Below, piece after piece: positions 8,201 to 18,800 of a DNA stretch of 64,000 bases. The DNA lies in contig JBGAJW010000008.1 of the NCBI GenBank assembly GCA_044224725.1, positions 26,136 through 90,135 of the forward strand. Direction: 5' to 3'. The stretch comes from Flavobacteriales bacterium. Lineage in GTDB: Bacteria; Bacteroidota; Bacteroidia; Flavobacteriales_F; PHOS-HE28. Position 1 is the stretch's first letter. The number at the start of each line of letters is the position of its first letter. A program made the translations under genes and the position numbers. The notes beneath the pieces are model-generated. The model was not told where the DNA came from and ran no database searches. It saw only the letters and a list, made by a program, of their open reading frames with translations.

Positions 8201-11200
8201 ACTGGATGCGGGATTGGTGACCACGCCCGCCGGTTGTGACGGGGCCTGCGATGGCACGGCCACCAGCTCGGCCAGCGGCGGAACACCCGGCTACACCTAT
8301 GTATGGAGCCCTGCGCCCGGGGCCGGGCAAGGCACACCGGCAGCCACGCAACTATGCCCCGGCAACTACACGCTCACCATCACCGATGCGGCGGGGTGCG
8401 ACACGGTCATCGCCTTCACCATCACCACACCTCCGCCGATCATCCCGACCATTACCACCACGCTCGCCAGTTGCGGCGGCATCTGCGACGGCTCGGCCAC
8501 GGTCGGTTTCTCGGGCGGGTCGGGAACCATCGGCATCGTGTGGTCTCCTGAGCCGCAGACCGGGCAGGGCACCACCACGGCAACGGGATTCTGCGCCGGT
8601 GTCGGCAGCGTTACCCTCACGGACAGCATCGGTTGTGATACCACCGTGCAGTTCATCATCAACACCCCGAGCGGCATAGTCGCTGTGCCCACCATCGCTG
8701 ACGCTTCCTGCGCGGACCTCTGTGATGGTACCATCGATCTCTCGGTCACAGGCGGTGTGCCCGGCTACGACTTCACGTGGACGCCCGTGCCACCGATCGG
8801 TGCGGACTCCATCGTGGGCGGTTTGTGCGCGGGACAGTACACTGTGCAGATCGGCGATCAGGCCGGTTGCGATACCACCTTGGTCATCGACATCGGTGCC
8901 CCGGCCCCCATCCTGCCCAACGGCAGCTTCACCAATGAGACCTGCAACGGCCCCTGCGATGGTACTGCCAGCGTGAACCCCTCCGGCGGTTCAGGCAACT
9001 ATGCGTTCGCTTGGTCCCCAACGCCGGGAACGGATGACGGCAACGGCAACGTGACCGGCCTTTGCGCGGGTGATTGGAGCGTCACCATCACCGATGCCAG
9101 CGGATGCGACACGACATGGACCTTCACGGTCCTACCGGAACAACCCATCACGCCGAATCTGAGCTTGACGCATGCGACATGCTTCAACATCTGTGATGGC
9201 ACGGCGCACGTGTCCCCCACTGGCGGATCCGGTGGCTTCACCTATGCATGGAGCCCGAACCCGCCCGTCGGCCAAGGCACGGATTCCGTAAGCGGCCTCT
9301 GCCTGGGGCAATGGAGTGTAACGATCACCGATTCCGTGGGCTGCGATACCACGGTGAGCTTCATCATCTTCAAGCCTTCGCCGGTAACACCGAGCCTGGC
9401 CTTCGTGGCGGCGGATTGCACCGGGCCGTGCACGGGCGAAGCAGCGGCATTCCCTTCCGGCGGTACGCCCGGTTATGACTTCTTCTGGCAGCCCGCGCCC
9501 GGATCTGGCCAAGGCACCTTCTTCGTGGACGGATTGTGCGCCGGGACCACCTACTCGCTCACCGTCACGGATTCACTCGGTTGCGATACCACCGAATCGT
9601 TCACCATCCCGGACTTCACGCCCATCTCCCCGAACCTCGGTACAACTCCCGTTACCTGCGCGGGCGGTTGCGATGGTACCGCCACCCTCGGACCCACGGG
9701 CGGGGAGGGTCCTTACACCTTTGATTGGACGCCCGATCCCCCGGGCGGCGACGGTACGAACAGCGCCACCGGCCTATGCGCGGGGACCTATGACGTGACC
9801 ATCGCCGATGCCAACAGCTGCGACACCACGGTGAGCATCCTCATCACCTCGCCGCTCCCGATCGATCCTGCCCCCACGGTAACTCCCATCGCCTGCAACG
9901 GCGATTGCAACGGCGCCATCGGCCTGGCAACGACCGGTGGTACCGGCAACCTCGCGTACGCCTGGAGCCCTCAACCGCCCGTGGGGCAAGGCACCGCGAA
10001 CGTGGCCCAGCTCTGCCCCGGTGATTGGACGGTGACCATCTCGGATGACGCCGGATGCGACACCACATTGACCTTCACGCTCACCGATCCGCCCGTGCTC
10101 AGCACGCAGGCGGAAGTGGTGCAGAGCCAATGCCAGGCCTGCAACGGCGCGGTAACGCTGCATGCCACGGGCGGCGGTGGCGGCTACTTCTTCGCTTGGG
10201 GCCCGCCGATCAATGTGACCACGAGCGATTCGGTGCAGACCAACCTCTGCGCGGGCATCTACACCGTGATCGTCGGCGATGCGCTCGGCTGTGTTACGCA
10301 GATCGCGGTACCTGTCAGCGACAGCGATGGCGAGGATCTCACCATCACCAACGATACGGTGACCTGTCCCGCCGATTGCGACGGTACAGTGAGCGTGGAT
10401 TTCAACTGCTCGCTGCCCAACTGCACGATCGCCTGGTTCGATGGCTTGGGCACCAACCTGAACGCCAGCACGCCCTCCCTCAACGGTCTGTGCGCAGGTC
10501 TCTACCTGGTGCAGGTGACCAATGGCAATGGCTGCCAGCGCATCGATTCCGCGCTGGTCGTAGCGCCTGAGCCGATCGTCGCCCTCTTCGGCACCACACC
10601 GGTGAGCTGTGCCGGTTCGTGCGATGGGACAGCGACCGTCGGCATCTCCGGCGGTGTTGGACCCTACTCTGTATCATGGAGCCCGCAGCCGGGTGCCGGC
10701 CAGGGCACACCGAACGTCAGCGGCCTCTGCGCAGGAACCTATGATGTGACCATCACCGACAACAGCGGATGTTCCATTGTACAGAGCGTGCTCATCCTAG
10801 GACCGGCTCCCATCGATGCGAACGCCACCGTGCAGGACATCTCCTGCGCCGGTGCGTGTGATGTAAGCATTGTTCTCAATGCCCAAGGTGGTACCGGTAC
10901 GTTCACCTACCTCTGGAACCCGGCCCCCCCGAACGGCCAAGGAGGATCAAGTGCGACACAGCTCTGCGCGGGTGCCTACGGTGTGACCATCATCGATGCG
11001 AACGGCTGCGATACCACGCTCTCGTTCACGATCACGGAACCGCAGCCGCTGATATTGACGCCTTCTTCCACGCCCGCACACTGCCAGGTGTGCGATGGCA
11101 CGGGTGCGGTGCTGGTCTCCGGGGGAAGCGGTGCTCCGACGATCACCTGGTCGGATGCGGACGGAAACGTTGTCGGTACGGGACCTGCTCTTGTGGACCT

Positions 11201-14200
11201 GTGCGCGGGTATCTACACGGTGAACGTGCAGGACGCGAACGGGTGCTCCGCGCAGACCGTGGTGGTGATCAGTGATGCTACGGGTGAAACGCTGACCGTT
11301 GCGGATGGGCAGACCACCTGTTCGAACAATTGCGACGGCTCCGTCTCCGTGACCTTCACCTGCACGGATGGCCCATGCACGATCACCTGGTTCGACCAGA
11401 CCGGCCAGCAACTCGCGCAGAACTTTTTCGCGTTGGACAGCCTGTGCGTCGGTGACTACTATGTGCAGGTGGTGAACAACGCCGGTTGCACCGTGATCGA
11501 TACCGCCACCGTATCACCCTCGCAGCTATTGATCCCGAACCTCAGCACCACGCCGGTCACCTGTAACGGTGACTGCAATGGCACTGCGACCGTTGGCCCG
11601 ACGGGCGGCGTCGGACCATACACCTATGACTGGGCGCCCGATCCGGTCACCGGGGATGGAACACCGTCCGTGAGCGGCCTTTGTCCCGGCGTCTACACCC
11701 TGTTATTGGGCGATGCCAGCGGGTGCGATACCACGATCAACGTACTCATCACGGAGCCTTCACCGATCTCGGTCAATGGCCAGGTATCGGGTGTTTCCTG
11801 CAACGCGGCCTGCGATGGCGCTATCTCGCTCTCCGCGGTCGGCGGGTCCGGCGGCTTGTCGTTCACGTGGGATCCCACACCGCCGGTCGGGCAGGGCACC
11901 AGCGACGTGTCCGTTCTCTGCGCAGGGGATTGGACGGTGACGATCAGCGACAGCCTTGGTTGCGATACGGCCGTCACGTTCACCATCACGGAACCGCAAC
12001 CATTGACGGTCGCAACGACCAGCACCCTCAGCACCTGCGGCATATGCTCCGGCACCATGAGCGCGACGCCTTCTGGCGGAACGGCAGGATACTTCTACAG
12101 TTGGACGCAGAACGGTTCCATCTTCGGAACGGACAGCGCGTTGACCGATGTATGCGCCGGTCTCTATGAAGTGACCGTGACGGACGCGAACGGTTGCCAG
12201 GCGCAACAGACAGTGCCCGTGAGCGACAGCGACGGCGAAGTGCTCAACGCGACGAGCGATATCGTCACGTGCCCGGGTATCTGTGATGGTTCTGTCTCTG
12301 TCGCTTTCAATTGCTCTGCGCCCGGCTGCTCGATCACTTGGCTCGATGCCTTGGGGAACGACCTGGGGGAGACGGGCAACACGCTGGACACCCTCTGCCC
12401 CGGTACCTACTTCGTGCAGGTGATCAATGGGAACGGATGTCTCACCATCGATACCGCACTGGTCACGGAGCCGCAACCCATCCTGCCGAACCTCGGCACC
12501 ACGCAGCCCACCTGCGCGGGCGAATGCGACGGCACGGCGACGGTGGGCCCGACGGGCGGTGTAGGTCCGTACTCCTATGATTGGTCGCCTGACACGATCG
12601 CGGGGGACAGTACGAGCAGTGTGACCGGGCTGTGCGCGGGCAACTACGCGCTGCTCATCACGGACTCGGTCGGCTGCACGGCGAACGTCGATGTGCTCAT
12701 CATCTCGCCACTGCCCATTACGGCCAACGCGGCGATCACGGGGATCACCTGCAACGGCGCATGCGACGCGAGCATCAGTTTGGACGCTGCCGGTGGCACA
12801 GGACAATTGGCTTTCCTCTGGGCGCCCGATCCAGGCCCTGGTCAAGGCACGGACAGCGTCTTCGCGCTTTGTGCGGGCGACTGGAGCGTGACCATCTCGG
12901 ATGCCAACGGCTGCGACACGACCTATACGTTCAGCATCACCGATCCGCCGGTGCTGGTCGTCGATGTGAGCACGACGGACAACGTGTGCTTCGGCGATTG
13001 TGCCGGTGTTGCCACGGCGACCATATCCGGGGGTACCGCACCCTATGCGCTGTCTTGGACGACCTCGGATGGTACACCCATCGCCCAAGGGGATACGGCC
13101 ATCAGCGGCCTCTGCGCGGGTGACTATATCCTGCAGGTCGCCGATACGAACGGTTGCGTGTTGCCCACACCGTTCACCATCGGCGAGGGCGTGGCATTGC
13201 AAGCCGCACTGGCGTTCACCGGCGAAACGTGCAACGGACCCTGCGATGGCATCGCTTCCGTGGTGCCGGGCGGTGGTGCAGGAGGATATTCCATCACATG
13301 GACCGGTCCCGACGGTAGTGTTTTCGCTACGGACACCACGGATATCAGCGGCCTCTGCGCAGGCAACTGGAGCGTGACCATCATGGACTCCCTTGGATGT
13401 GACAGCGTATTCAACTTCACATTGCTGCCTTACACACCGATCGCGCCGAACGAGCAGGTATCGCAGGTCACCTGCAATGCCGCATGCGATGGGTCCGTGA
13501 CACTCGCGGCCACCGGCGGCATCGGTACGCTCTCGTTCACATGGACCCCGACGCCTCCGAACGTGGACACCAACGGTTCCGCGACGGGACTTTGCCCGGG
13601 TGATTGGAGCGTTACCATCACCGACGGTGTGGATTGCGACACAACGCTCAGCTTCACCATCACCGAGCCTCCGGCCATCACCATCGCGGTGGATACACTG
13701 GTGAACGCGAGCTGCAATACCGCATCTGACGGAGCGATCAGCACCACCATCGGGGGAGGCACACCCGGTCTGGACATTTCTTGGAGCGGACCGAACGGTT
13801 TCTCCGCGAACACCGACGACATCAGCGGGCTCGTTCCAGGGGACTATGCGGTGAACGTGCAGGACGCCAATGGTTGCAGCCTGCAGCAGACAGTGACCGT
13901 CGGTGCGCTCAGCACGGTGCTCGCGGAGGCGGGAAGCGATGTGACACAGTGCTTCGGCGCGTCGCTCATCCTGAACGGGGCTTCCAGCCAAGGTGCCGTG
14001 GACTATCTCTGGACGGATCCCCAAGGCACCACATTGGGCACGCAGCCCTTGCTGGACCTCGGCGTGCTGCAACCTGGAGCTTACACGTACATCCTCACGG
14101 TCACCGACACTCCATGCTCCGATGATGACACGGTCTTCGTGAACGTCCTGGCGCTGCCTTTCGCGGATGCGGGACCGGACCGTGACATCTTCGTGGATGG

Positions 14201-14663
14201 CACAGTGACGCTCGGTGGACAACCGAGCGGGCCGCCCGGAAGCACGTTCCAATGGTCGCCGGATTCGCTGGTCAGTGATGGATCGCTGGCGAACCCGATC
14301 ACGTCGCCAACGGAGACGACCTGGTTCATCCTCAGCGTCACAACGCCGAGCGGCTGCACCAGCTTGGATTCTACGCTCGTCACGGTAGTGCCCGAGATCA
14401 TCATCCCGTCGGGCTTCACTCCGAACGGGGACGGGTCGAACGAGACGTGGCAGATCGATTTCATCGACCGTTTCCCGGATTGTACCGTGGAGATCTACAA
14501 CCGCTGGGGCGAGCAGCTCTTCCGGAGCGTGGGTTACGGGGTGCCGTGGGACGGCAGGTACAGCGGCGGTCTGGTACCGGTCGGTACGTATTACTACGCC
14601 ATCGAGCTGAACGACGAACGATTCCCCGAACCCTACACCGGCCCGCTCACCGTGATCCGCTGA
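5253..14663 (+). CDS. Giant SprB-repeat adhesin with T9SS type B CTD (~3136 aa)
   Basis: Tens of ~80-aa repeats (TCxGxCDGTAxVxxxGGTxxYTYxW...GLCAGxYxVTITDAxGCDTT); N-terminal YWVGGSGDWSDAAHW; C-terminal PSGFTPNGDGSNETW...NRWGE...GPLTVIR. Confidence 0.9.
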   Translation: MKKQRPLHTAALLLLVLRRSLGIGGLLLFTMAATAQDTKYWVGGSGDWSDAAHWALSSHGAGGAGAPRASESAWIIGQGDRTVHIDGNVRCMDLVIDATHGALVIDGPASAKLELGGGLRADGNVDWTFPGDIEFTNDHGGTIQLSPHGIGIASNIILNGSAIWEMSSALVLRDNASLTLKKGTLRLFDGVLQAGSLRTEGRARKRIEAGSAYVILGALDIDTERTAVDGGSTLLLVNGQISAWDGSIRDAEEFRGITNCATGAGQTPFQVNAFVTTNYNGFGVTCNGACNGAVNVTVTGGTGNFSIQWQGGPGGSGTSLPWTNLCAGNKLVIVTDLGQNVGCFANALITPPPPLGVLFFGLNPPTCADVCNGTAVTFPGGGAGSGYTYNWNNNTENTSNPSQLCAGVNTLQLRDANNCVFDTSFTIDLLPVAAVLTFTDATCSGDCDGTAHVDVSGGTPNYTFNWEPGSPTGDGTADVTGLCPGAYTVLVADANNCDTTIAFTIIAPPPIVPNLVFTDATCFTSCDGTANVNPTGAAGPFSFDWAPNPVTGDGTNSVTGLCSGDYTVLITDLATGCDTLVPFTIGSAPAIDVQLTVTDATCSGNCDGTADIVVSGGTPGYTILWAPGIITGQGTPNATQLCPGDYTVTVTDAAGCDTTLQFTIAQPPPILPNETFTDVRCFGQCNGTIDLAPTGGTGTYTYVWAPPPPVGDGTASASALCAQDWSITVSDALGCDTTVTITISEPPQLAVTPSQTNISCGSNCDGTASVNVSGGTPGYTYDWSGSPVGDGTNAVTDLCAGVYTVQVLDSALCEVIQTFIIQEPLPIVVDVATVNATCPNFCNGTADATVTGGNDPYTYVWSPAPGSGQNTPNVTGLCAQDYSLTVTDSVSCDTTITFTISAPLPIDPQDSVTNVTCFGACDGSIILDPIGGFGNFTYTWTPQPPNGQGTNQALNLCAGTWSVLIADGVCDTTLVFDITEPAPLDAGLVTTPAGCDGACDGTATSSASGGTPGYTYVWSPAPGAGQGTPAATQLCPGNYTLTITDAAGCDTVIAFTITTPPPIIPTITTTLASCGGICDGSATVGFSGGSGTIGIVWSPEPQTGQGTTTATGFCAGVGSVTLTDSIGCDTTVQFIINTPSGIVAVPTIADASCADLCDGTIDLSVTGGVPGYDFTWTPVPPIGADSIVGGLCAGQYTVQIGDQAGCDTTLVIDIGAPAPILPNGSFTNETCNGPCDGTASVNPSGGSGNYAFAWSPTPGTDDGNGNVTGLCAGDWSVTITDASGCDTTWTFTVLPEQPITPNLSLTHATCFNICDGTAHVSPTGGSGGFTYAWSPNPPVGQGTDSVSGLCLGQWSVTITDSVGCDTTVSFIIFKPSPVTPSLAFVAADCTGPCTGEAAAFPSGGTPGYDFFWQPAPGSGQGTFFVDGLCAGTTYSLTVTDSLGCDTTESFTIPDFTPISPNLGTTPVTCAGGCDGTATLGPTGGEGPYTFDWTPDPPGGDGTNSATGLCAGTYDVTIADANSCDTTVSILITSPLPIDPAPTVTPIACNGDCNGAIGLATTGGTGNLAYAWSPQPPVGQGTANVAQLCPGDWTVTISDDAGCDTTLTFTLTDPPVLSTQAEVVQSQCQACNGAVTLHATGGGGGYFFAWGPPINVTTSDSVQTNLCAGIYTVIVGDALGCVTQIAVPVSDSDGEDLTITNDTVTCPADCDGTVSVDFNCSLPNCTIAWFDGLGTNLNASTPSLNGLCAGLYLVQVTNGNGCQRIDSALVVAPEPIVALFGTTPVSCAGSCDGTATVGISGGVGPYSVSWSPQPGAGQGTPNVSGLCAGTYDVTITDNSGCSIVQSVLILGPAPIDANATVQDISCAGACDVSIVLNAQGGTGTFTYLWNPAPPNGQGGSSATQLCAGAYGVTIIDANGCDTTLSFTITEPQPLILTPSSTPAHCQVCDGTGAVLVSGGSGAPTITWSDADGNVVGTGPALVDLCAGIYTVNVQDANGCSAQTVVVISDATGETLTVADGQTTCSNNCDGSVSVTFTCTDGPCTITWFDQTGQQLAQNFFALDSLCVGDYYVQVVNNAGCTVIDTATVSPSQLLIPNLSTTPVTCNGDCNGTATVGPTGGVGPYTYDWAPDPVTGDGTPSVSGLCPGVYTLLLGDASGCDTTINVLITEPSPISVNGQVSGVSCNAACDGAISLSAVGGSGGLSFTWDPTPPVGQGTSDVSVLCAGDWTVTISDSLGCDTAVTFTITEPQPLTVATTSTLSTCGICSGTMSATPSGGTAGYFYSWTQNGSIFGTDSALTDVCAGLYEVTVTDANGCQAQQTVPVSDSDGEVLNATSDIVTCPGICDGSVSVAFNCSAPGCSITWLDALGNDLGETGNTLDTLCPGTYFVQVINGNGCLTIDTALVTEPQPILPNLGTTQPTCAGECDGTATVGPTGGVGPYSYDWSPDTIAGDSTSSVTGLCAGNYALLITDSVGCTANVDVLIISPLPITANAAITGITCNGACDASISLDAAGGTGQLAFLWAPDPGPGQGTDSVFALCAGDWSVTISDANGCDTTYTFSITDPPVLVVDVSTTDNVCFGDCAGVATATISGGTAPYALSWTTSDGTPIAQGDTAISGLCAGDYILQVADTNGCVLPTPFTIGEGVALQAALAFTGETCNGPCDGIASVVPGGGAGGYSITWTGPDGSVFATDTTDISGLCAGNWSVTIMDSLGCDSVFNFTLLPYTPIAPNEQVSQVTCNAACDGSVTLAATGGIGTLSFTWTPTPPNVDTNGSATGLCPGDWSVTITDGVDCDTTLSFTITEPPAITIAVDTLVNASCNTASDGAISTTIGGGTPGLDISWSGPNGFSANTDDISGLVPGDYAVNVQDANGCSLQQTVTVGALSTVLAEAGSDVTQCFGASLILNGASSQGAVDYLWTDPQGTTLGTQPLLDLGVLQPGAYTYILTVTDTPCSDDDTVFVNVLALPFADAGPDRDIFVDGTVTLGGQPSGPPGSTFQWSPDSLVSDGSLANPITSPTETTWFILSVTTPSGCTSLDSTLVTVVPEIIIPSGFTPNGDGSNETWQIDFIDRFPDCTVEIYNRWGEQLFRSVGYGVPWDGRYSGGLVPVGTYYYAIELNDERFPEPYTGPLTVIR
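5298..5328 (+). repeat. 31-bp palindromic element in coding sequence, copy 3
   Basis: GTCCTCCGCCGCAGCCTCGGCATAGGCGGAC; two substitutions, both synonymous. Confidence 0.9.
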
Positions 14664-14667
14664 ACCC

Positions 14668-15621
14668 ATGAACACGCAACGCTTCCCCTTCTTCCTCTGC
14701 GCGGTGCTGCTCACCGGCCTGTCATGGGCGCAACAACTGCCGCAGCTCAGCCAGTACAACAGCCATGACTACCTGTATTGCCCCGCGGTGGCGGGCAGCA
14801 GGCCATGGTTCGAGATGCGCAGCGCCCACCGCAACCAGTGGGTGGGCATACAGGACGCTCCGCGAACCTTCATGCTCAGCGCCACCACGCCCATGGGCAG
14901 CAACATGGGTGTCGGAGGGTTCCTCTACACGGATCACGTCGGACCCACCCGCAGAACAGGTGCTCAAGTGAGCTATGCCTACCACCTGAGCCTCACGGAC
15001 AAGATCCGTTTGGGCATGGGCCTCTCGATCGGACTGCAACAGTTCCTGATCGATGGGTCGAAGATCACCTTCCACGACAACTTCGATCCCGTGATGGACA
15101 ACCAGCTGCGGGGAAGCACGGTGCCGGATGCGAGCTTCTCCCTGTATCTGTATCACGAGCGCTGGTGGGTCGGGGCCATGGCACCGCAGCTGTTGGAAAG
15201 CAAGATCTGGTTCTATGATGACGCCGACCAGACGCTCAGCACCCTCGCACGGCACTACTATGCGATGGGTGGGTATCGTTTGCCCTTGGGGGATGACTTC
15301 CGCTTGGAGCCTTCCTTTCTTGTGAAGTACGTGAGCCCGGTGCCCGCCAAGATCGACCTCACAGCCACCCTTCGCTACAAGGACCAGATCTGGTTGGGGG
15401 CCACCTACCGCACCAACGACGCGATCGCTGTAATGCTCGGATACTGGATGAAGAAGACCTTCCAGTTCGGGTACAGCTATGACATCACGACCACCAATCT
15501 GAACCGGTACAGCAACGGCACGCACGAGGTGATGCTGGCGATCACCTTCGGGAAGAAGCCGCCGGAGAAAGCACCGGAAGTAACGACCCCGGCTCCGGCC
15601 GCTGCACCGGTCGCGCCGTAG
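14668..15621 (+). CDS. PorP/SprF family T9SS outer-membrane protein
   Basis: QQLPQLSQY...PAVAG...RNQWVGIQDAPRT...GYSYDITT...GTHEV. Confidence 0.92.
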   Translation: MNTQRFPFFLCAVLLTGLSWAQQLPQLSQYNSHDYLYCPAVAGSRPWFEMRSAHRNQWVGIQDAPRTFMLSATTPMGSNMGVGGFLYTDHVGPTRRTGAQVSYAYHLSLTDKIRLGMGLSIGLQQFLIDGSKITFHDNFDPVMDNQLRGSTVPDASFSLYLYHERWWVGAMAPQLLESKIWFYDDADQTLSTLARHYYAMGGYRLPLGDDFRLEPSFLVKYVSPVPAKIDLTATLRYKDQIWLGATYRTNDAIAVMLGYWMKKTFQFGYSYDITTTNLNRYSNGTHEVMLAITFGKKPPEKAPEVTTPAPAAAPVAP

Positions 15622-15851
15622 GCCACACTTGTGGGGGATGTCGCGTCTAGTGACGCAGGGCGTCGCACACCGTCCTCAGGCGAGCGATGGGTATAGCACT
15701 TTTCATGGGGCCGAGCGAGAGAATGGTCGAACATCCACGCTTGTTCGTCGATGAGCCCGCGCCAACCGGCGAACGGCGAAGTGCGGCCATGACCGGGCGC
15801 GGGCTGCGAGCTACCTTGCACCGCCTCTTACCAGGGCTTGTTTTCCTCATC

Positions 15852-18800
15852 GTGCGCTCACGATCATCCTTCCTGAATGCGCTTCGGGCGGGCGTTCTGC
15901 CTGCCTTGGCGGCATTGATCGTTCCGGCGACGGCTCTGGGACAAACGTTCCTCATGGCGGACGGTGCACAGTGGGAGACCTGCACGGGAACCTTCTACGA
16001 TAGCGGTGGTGCCGCAGGCAACTACGGCAGCAATGAGAGCATGACGGCGACGCTCTGCCCGAGCGGGGGAGCCGGGTCCGGGCCGTTCACGAGCGTCACG
16101 TTCACAGTGTGGAGCGTAGGCTTGACCGATCTGCTTGATAACCTCGTGATCCATAACGGGGCGAGCGCATCGGACCCGGTACTCGCCACGGGCTCCTTGC
16201 TGAATTCCTTGCAGGGTCAGACCTTCACGTCGACGGATCCCAGTGGGTGCCTCACTTTCGTATGGACGAGCGACCTGCTGCTCAATGATGCAGGATGGGC
16301 CGCAGAGATCCACACCGGCCCTGATGCGGGTGGTAACGGTTCCGTCACGGTCTGCAGCAGCGCGGCGGATCTCGACCTGTTCGCCGTACTGAGCGGTTCA
16401 CCGGATGTGGGCGGCCAGTGGACCTTCGGTGGCAACCTCGTCAGCAATACGTTCAGCCCGGCCACTTCCCCGGGCGGCGTCTACACCTACACCGTGCCCG
16501 CTGTGGCCCCTTGTGTGGATGCGGTCGCCACGGTGACCGTTACCAAGGTCACGGCCGCCAACGCGGGATTCGATAATGCCATTGAGGTATGCAGTTCCGA
16601 GGCCGCTTTCAGCATGCGCTCCCGCCTGTTGGGCGCGCCGCAAGCCGGCGGAACGTGGACGCTTTCAGGCAACAGCCATGGGGACCAATTCAACCCGGCG
16701 ACCGATGTGGGCGGCGTTTACACCTACCTCGTCAGCGGCACCGCACCTTGTGCGGACGCCACGGCTCAACTCACCATCACGATGGTGGAGGCTCCGAGCG
16801 CGGGCACGAATGGCACGCTGAACGTGTGCTCCACCGCGTCCGCACAGGACCTCTTCGCCAGCCTCGTAGGATCGCCGGACGCTGGCGGTACGTGGACCAA
16901 ACCCGGCAATCTCCCCCACAGCGGGCAATTCATCCCCGGTACCGATCCGGCTGGTACGTATACCTATCGTGTTGCGGGGCAATCGCCCTGTGCGGACGCG
17001 ACGGCTACGGTTGCCGTTACGGTACAGACCGCCGTGGATCCCGGAACGAGCACGAGCACGTCCGTATGCTCCAATGGCGCGTCCGTGAACATCAAGACCC
17101 TGCTCGGAACGACCGCCACCGGAACGTGGTCTGGTCCCAGTACGGTCACCAGTAACCTGTACGATCCCGTCACGATGACGCCGGGTACCTACACCTTCTC
17201 GGTGGCCGCCACCGGGGTCTGTCCATCCGTTTCCGCTACGGTTGGTGTGACCGAGGTCCAAGCTCCGGATGCGGGGAACAATGGCACTCTTACGGTCTGC
17301 AGTTCCGGAGCGAACGTGGATCTCTTTACCCGGCTTGGAGGTGCCCCGAACAGTGGAGGTACGTGGACGACATCAGGAAACATTCCGTTCCCTACGGGAA
17401 TTTTCGTTCCCGGGACGAGCACAGCAGGCACGTATACCTACACCGTTGCGGGAACAGCTCCTTGCGCGAACGACCAAGCAACCGTGACCGTGACACAGGT
17501 GACCGCGCGCAATGCGGGGACCAACGGCACGCTCACCACATGCAGCAGCAGCGCCCCGACGGACATGTTCCCCCTGTTGGGCGGGGGGCCGCAGGCGGGC
17601 GGCACTTGGTACAAGCCTGTTCCTCCTGGCGGCGCGGTGGCCGGTTCTTTCTATAACCCGGCCCTGCCTGGTCTGCCTGCTGGCGTGTACACATATGTCC
17701 TCACCGGTACCGCGCCTTGTCCCAATGACTCGGCCACGGTCACGGTAGTGGAGAACCAAGCGCCGAACGCGGGAACCAATGGAACGCTCACGCTCTGCAA
17801 CACTGGCGCTACCGTCAACCTCATCAGTGCGCTGGGCGGTTCTCCCGGAGGAAGCGGCTCATGGCTCGATCCCTCGAACCAGCCTTTCCCGACGGGCCAG
17901 TTCAATCCCGCTACGGGCACGGCCGGTGCGTACAAATACATCATCACCGGTACCGCACCGTGCATCAACGACACGGGCTTCGTTACCGTTACCGTCCATC
18001 AGCAACCGAATGCCGGCTTCAGCGGGGACACTATCGTCTGCAGCGATGGGCCGGACTTTCCGTTGCTGTCCGTACTGAACGGTACGCCCGGTAGCGGCGG
18101 ACAATGGAGCCCGGGCAACGGGACCTATGATTGCGGGACCGGTCAGGCCGGAAGCTTCACCTATACCATCACAGCGACGGCACCATGCGTGAACGCATCA
18201 GCCGTGGCCACAGTGGCGGAGATCCAGCGCCCGAACGCCGGAGGCAACGGTTCGGTCACATTGTGCAGCACGGAACCCCCGCTCAACCTGTTCAGTCGCC
18301 TGACGGGCAGCCCCCAACCGGGCGGCACATGGACTCCGGGCGATCCTTCCGGGGTCTACACCCCGGGGACCAGCACCGCAGGCGTTTATACCTACACACT
18401 TCCTGGTGCCGCTCCGTGCGCCAACTCGACCGCCACGGTCACCGTCACGCAGAACCAGGCACCGGACCCCGGAACGGACGCGACCGTCACCATTTGCGCC
18501 GGCACCGGCATCCTTAACCTCTTCCCGGAACTGGGAGGCTCGCCCGATCCTGGTGGCACCTGGTCATCACTGGACAATATCGCTCCGGGCTCGATGACCA
18601 ACGGCCTGTTCACCTATACAGGCGTCGGGGCCGGCAACTACGACTTCCAGTACACAGTTGCCGCCAGCGGTGGTTGCCCCGGCGACTTCGCTGAAGTGCG
18701 GGTGACCATCACGGCCACCTTGGATGCCGGCACCAATGGAAACTGCAGCGTATGCAGGACGAATACGGCCTACAACCTCTTCAGCTGTCTGAACGGTACC

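Noticed and set aside
11760-14759. 999-aa minus-strand ORF
   Set aside because: Antisense shadow of the SprB-like gene; Arg-rich with no motifs.
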